A stretch of 64,000 bases of DNA. Source: an uncultured Candidatus Binatia bacterium. GTDB lineage: Bacteria > Desulfobacterota > Binatia > UBA9968 > JAJDTQ01. The stretch lies in assembly GCA_965242525.1 (NCBI GenBank), contig OZ251459.1, forward strand, positions 960,001-1,024,000. Direction: 5' to 3'. Below the pieces are notes generated by a model. The model was not told the DNA's origin. It was given only the letters and a program-made list of their open reading frames with translations, and did not search any database. This document shows, piece by piece, positions 61,376 through 64,000 of this stretch. How positions within the stretch are numbered: position 1 is the stretch's first letter; every line of letters begins with the position of its first letter. A program made the position numbers and the translations under genes.

Positions 61376-63229
61376 ATGAAGATCGCGGAGCTCAGGGACA
61401 AACTCGACACGCTTCCGGCCGGGCCGGGGGTCTATCTGATGCGCGACGCGGCCGGCAAGGTGGTCTATGTGGGCAAGGCCAAGGACCTGCGGTCCCGGGT
61501 CAGGGCGTACCTGAGGGGCGGCGACGGCCGCCCCCACGTGGTGTTCCTCATGCGCCAGGCGGACGACATCGAGACCCTGGTGACCGGCAACGAGAAGGAA
61601 GCCCTGATCCTGGAGAACAACCTGATCAAGCAGTACAAGCCCCGCTACAACATCCGCCTGAAGGACGACAAGAGCTACCTGAGCATCAAGGTCACGGCCG
61701 GGGCCTGGCCCCGGGTGCTGGCCACCCGGAGCATCGTCAGGGACGGCAGCCGCTACTTCGGCCCCTACGCTTCCGCGGTGGCCGTGCGCGACACCCTGGA
61801 AGTCATCGAGAAACACTTCCTCCTGCGGAACTGCACCGACTACAATTTCCGCAACCGGGATCGGCCGTGCCTCCAGTTCCAGATCAAGCGCTGTCCGGCC
61901 CCGTGCGTCCTGCCGGTGGATCCGGAGGAATACGCGGGCAACCTGCGGCAGGCGGTCCTCTTCATCGAAGGCAGGAGCGCGGACCTGCTGCGGCAGTTGC
62001 AGAGCCGCATGCGGGCCCGGGCGGACGCCCTGGAGTTCGAGCAGGCCGCCCGGCTCCGGGACCGCATCCGGGCGGTGGAGAAGACCCTGGAGAAGCAGCG
62101 CATGGTGTCCCACTGGGGCGCCGACCAGGACGTCTTCGGACTGTACCGGGAAGGGGGGTTCATCGAGGTCCAGGTCCTGTTCGTGCGGCAGGGAAAGCTC
62201 ACCGGCAACCAGGCCTATTCCTTCGAGGACCACCGTTTCGACGACCACGAGGTGGTGGCCGCGCTGCTGGCCCAGTTCTACCAGGGCAGCCGCTTCGTCC
62301 CCGACGAGGTCCTGGCGCCGGTGGAGTTGGAGGACCGGGCCGTGCGCGAGGAATACCTGGCCGAGCGGAAGGGCCGGAAGGTGGCCCTGCACCGGCCCCG
62401 CCGCGGGGTGAAGCACAAGCTGCTGGAAATGGCCATGGACAACGCCCGCCAGGGCTTCAGCGAGCGCCACGACCAGGAGCGGGAGCGCGAGAGGATGCTG
62501 CGGGAGCTGCAACGGAAGCTCCGGTTGCGCCGCTATCCCCAGCGCATCGAGTGCTACGACATCTCCATGATCCAGGGGACCCATGCGGTGGGATCCCGGG
62601 TCTCGTTCTTCGACGGCCAACCCGACAAGCGGAACTACCGGCGCTACCGTGTCCGCACCGTGGGGCCGGAGACCCGCGGAGACGACTTCGCCATGATGTA
62701 CGAGGTGGTCAAGCGGCGTTTCCGGCGCGGCCTGCAGGAAATGGACGTGCCGGACCTCATGGTGGTGGACGGCGGCAAGGGGCAGTTGCAGGTGGCCCTC
62801 GCCGCGTTGGCGGACCTCGGGGTGAAGGACGTGGATGTGGTGGCCCTGGCCAAGACGAGGGTCACGGCCTCGCCGCGTCAAGCCGAGGTGGAACGGTCGG
62901 AAGAACGGGTCTTCCTGCCCGCGCGCAGCAACCCGGTGGTGCTCCGGCGCAACTCCAACGCCCTCTTCCTGCTGCAACGCCTGCGGGACGAAGCCCACCG
63001 GTTCGCCGTCGCCTACCACCGGACGCTCCGCACCCGGGGGACCTTGCGCTCCGGGCTGGACCACGTTCCCGGAGTGGGACCCGCCCGCAGACGCGCCTTG
63101 CTGCGGCGCTTCGGCAGCCTGAAACGGCTGCGGGAAGCGTCCCTGGACGAGCTGCTGGAGGTGCCGTCCATCACCCGGCCCCTGGCCCGTCGCATCGTCG
63201 ATGGCCTCCGGCCAGCGGGCCGGGCGTGA
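61376..63229 (+). CDS. uvrC: Excinuclease ABC subunit C
   Basis: PGVYLM, YVGKAKDL, YFGPY, RIECYDIS, DGGKGQL, RDEAHRFA, HhH. Confidence 0.96.
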   Translation: MKIAELRDKLDTLPAGPGVYLMRDAAGKVVYVGKAKDLRSRVRAYLRGGDGRPHVVFLMRQADDIETLVTGNEKEALILENNLIKQYKPRYNIRLKDDKSYLSIKVTAGAWPRVLATRSIVRDGSRYFGPYASAVAVRDTLEVIEKHFLLRNCTDYNFRNRDRPCLQFQIKRCPAPCVLPVDPEEYAGNLRQAVLFIEGRSADLLRQLQSRMRARADALEFEQAARLRDRIRAVEKTLEKQRMVSHWGADQDVFGLYREGGFIEVQVLFVRQGKLTGNQAYSFEDHRFDDHEVVAALLAQFYQGSRFVPDEVLAPVELEDRAVREEYLAERKGRKVALHRPRRGVKHKLLEMAMDNARQGFSERHDQERERERMLRELQRKLRLRRYPQRIECYDISMIQGTHAVGSRVSFFDGQPDKRNYRRYRVRTVGPETRGDDFAMMYEVVKRRFRRGLQEMDVPDLMVVDGGKGQLQVALAALADLGVKDVDVVALAKTRVTASPRQAEVERSEERVFLPARSNPVVLRRNSNALFLLQRLRDEAHRFAVAYHRTLRTRGTLRSGLDHVPGVGPARRRALLRRFGSLKRLREASLDELLEVPSITRPLARRIVDGLRPAGRA

Positions 63230-63238
63230 GCCGTTGCC

Positions 63239-64000
63239 GTGGGCCTGGTCGTCCTTCCGCTCCTCTCCCTGCTCACCGGGCAGGCCGCGGCGGGCCTCGT
63301 GGACCGGGTCGACCCGTTCTGGTTGGCTGCGGCGCTGCTGGCGGCGGGGGCGTTGCCCGGCCTCGTGAAACTCCGCTGGGGGCTGCTGGGGACCGCGTGC
63401 GGGCTGGCCTTCCTCTGGGGGTTCACCGCCCATCAGCGGCTGCTCCAGCCGCACTTCCCCCCTGACCACGTCCATCATCTGGCGGAGCGGCAGGGGCCGG
63501 TGCTGGTCGAGGGGCGGCTCTACCGCGAGCCGGAAGGGCAGGGCGCGCGGAGCCGGTGGCATCTCGCCGCGGAGAGGTCCTGGACGCCCAACGGGGCCGT
63601 CCCCGCGGAGGGAAACGTGCGGGTGACCCTGCGGAACGCCTACCGGCCCTGGCGTTACGGCGACTTGGTGCGGATGCCCCTGCGCCTCCGGGCGCCGCGC
63701 AACCGGGGCGAGGGCTTCGACTACGCGGCGTTCCTCGCTCGCCGGGGGATCTACCACGTAGCCTACCTGCACGACGACCGGGAGGTGGAGCTGGTGGGCC
63801 GCGGGCGCGGCTGGCGCGGCCGGATCGAGACCCTGAGGCGGCGCATACGCCGCTTTACCGAACGCCACTTCCAACCGGAGACGGGCGGGCTCCTCAAGGC
63901 GCTGACCCTGGGCGACCGGGGCGGCCTCTCCGCGGAAACGCGGAGCGACTTCGCCGCGGTGGGCATGTCCCACGTCCTGTCCATATCGGGGCTGCACGTG
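63239..64000 (+). CDS. comEC: ComEC/Rec2 competence protein (5' part, truncated by window end)
   Basis: Not in the ORF track because it has no stop in the window: TM helices, OB-like domain with PRN...FDY..FL...GI, LGDR, GMSHVLSISGLHV; GTG start uncertain. Confidence 0.88.
   Translation, partial: MGLVVLPLLSLLTGQAAAGLVDRVDPFWLAAALLAAGALPGLVKLRWGLLGTACGLAFLWGFTAHQRLLQPHFPPDHVHHLAERQGPVLVEGRLYREPEGQGARSRWHLAAERSWTPNGAVPAEGNVRVTLRNAYRPWRYGDLVRMPLRLRAPRNRGEGFDYAAFLARRGIYHVAYLHDDREVELVGRGRGWRGRIETLRRRIRRFTERHFQPETGGLLKALTLGDRGGLSAETRSDFAAVGMSHVLSISGLHV

Noticed and set aside
63220-63245. uvrC TGA is in frame with comEC (possible read-through fusion)
   Set aside because: Both proteins look complete separately, a GTG start lies 9 nt after the stop, and no recoding signal is evident.

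Overview
GC-rich bacterial chromosome segment. Gene content and style resemble a Deltaproteobacteria/Binatota-like, possibly host (e.g. sponge)-associated lineage; this is inference only. Housekeeping genes: tRNA-Gly, tRNA-Cys, thiI, moeB/Z, metF, efp, coaE, rimI, carD-ispD, cysK, htrA, mrcB, tsaD, rsmA, mutM, lhgO, uvrB, uvrC and a partial comEC. An ~18-kb catabolic/transport block holds four amidohydrolase-2 paralogs, two Asp/Glu-racemase-fold proteins, a split peptide-type ABC transporter and an orphan Mo-hydroxylase subunit. The most notable accessory elements are: (1) a minimal two-gene RiPP locus, with an NHLP (proteusin-type) precursor carrying the core IDWGEVGWR followed by an unannotated 371-aa enzyme that may be a peptide prenyltransferase; (2) an FN3-repeat autotransporter with a C21 tract in a translated leader that could act as a three-state phase-variation switch; (3) a Bpu10I-family R-M cassette flanked by a 102-bp target duplication; (4) a dense family of ~105-175-bp MITE-like elements with IS5-like inverted ends around a REP-like hairpin; (5) a ferredoxin-linker-membrane-Hsp20-like fusion protein; (6) an archaeal-type ITPase next to tRNA-Gly; (7) tandem operator-like palindromes in front of an AAA+/DUF4143 gene. 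All family assignments come from motifs recognised by eye; no database searches were run.
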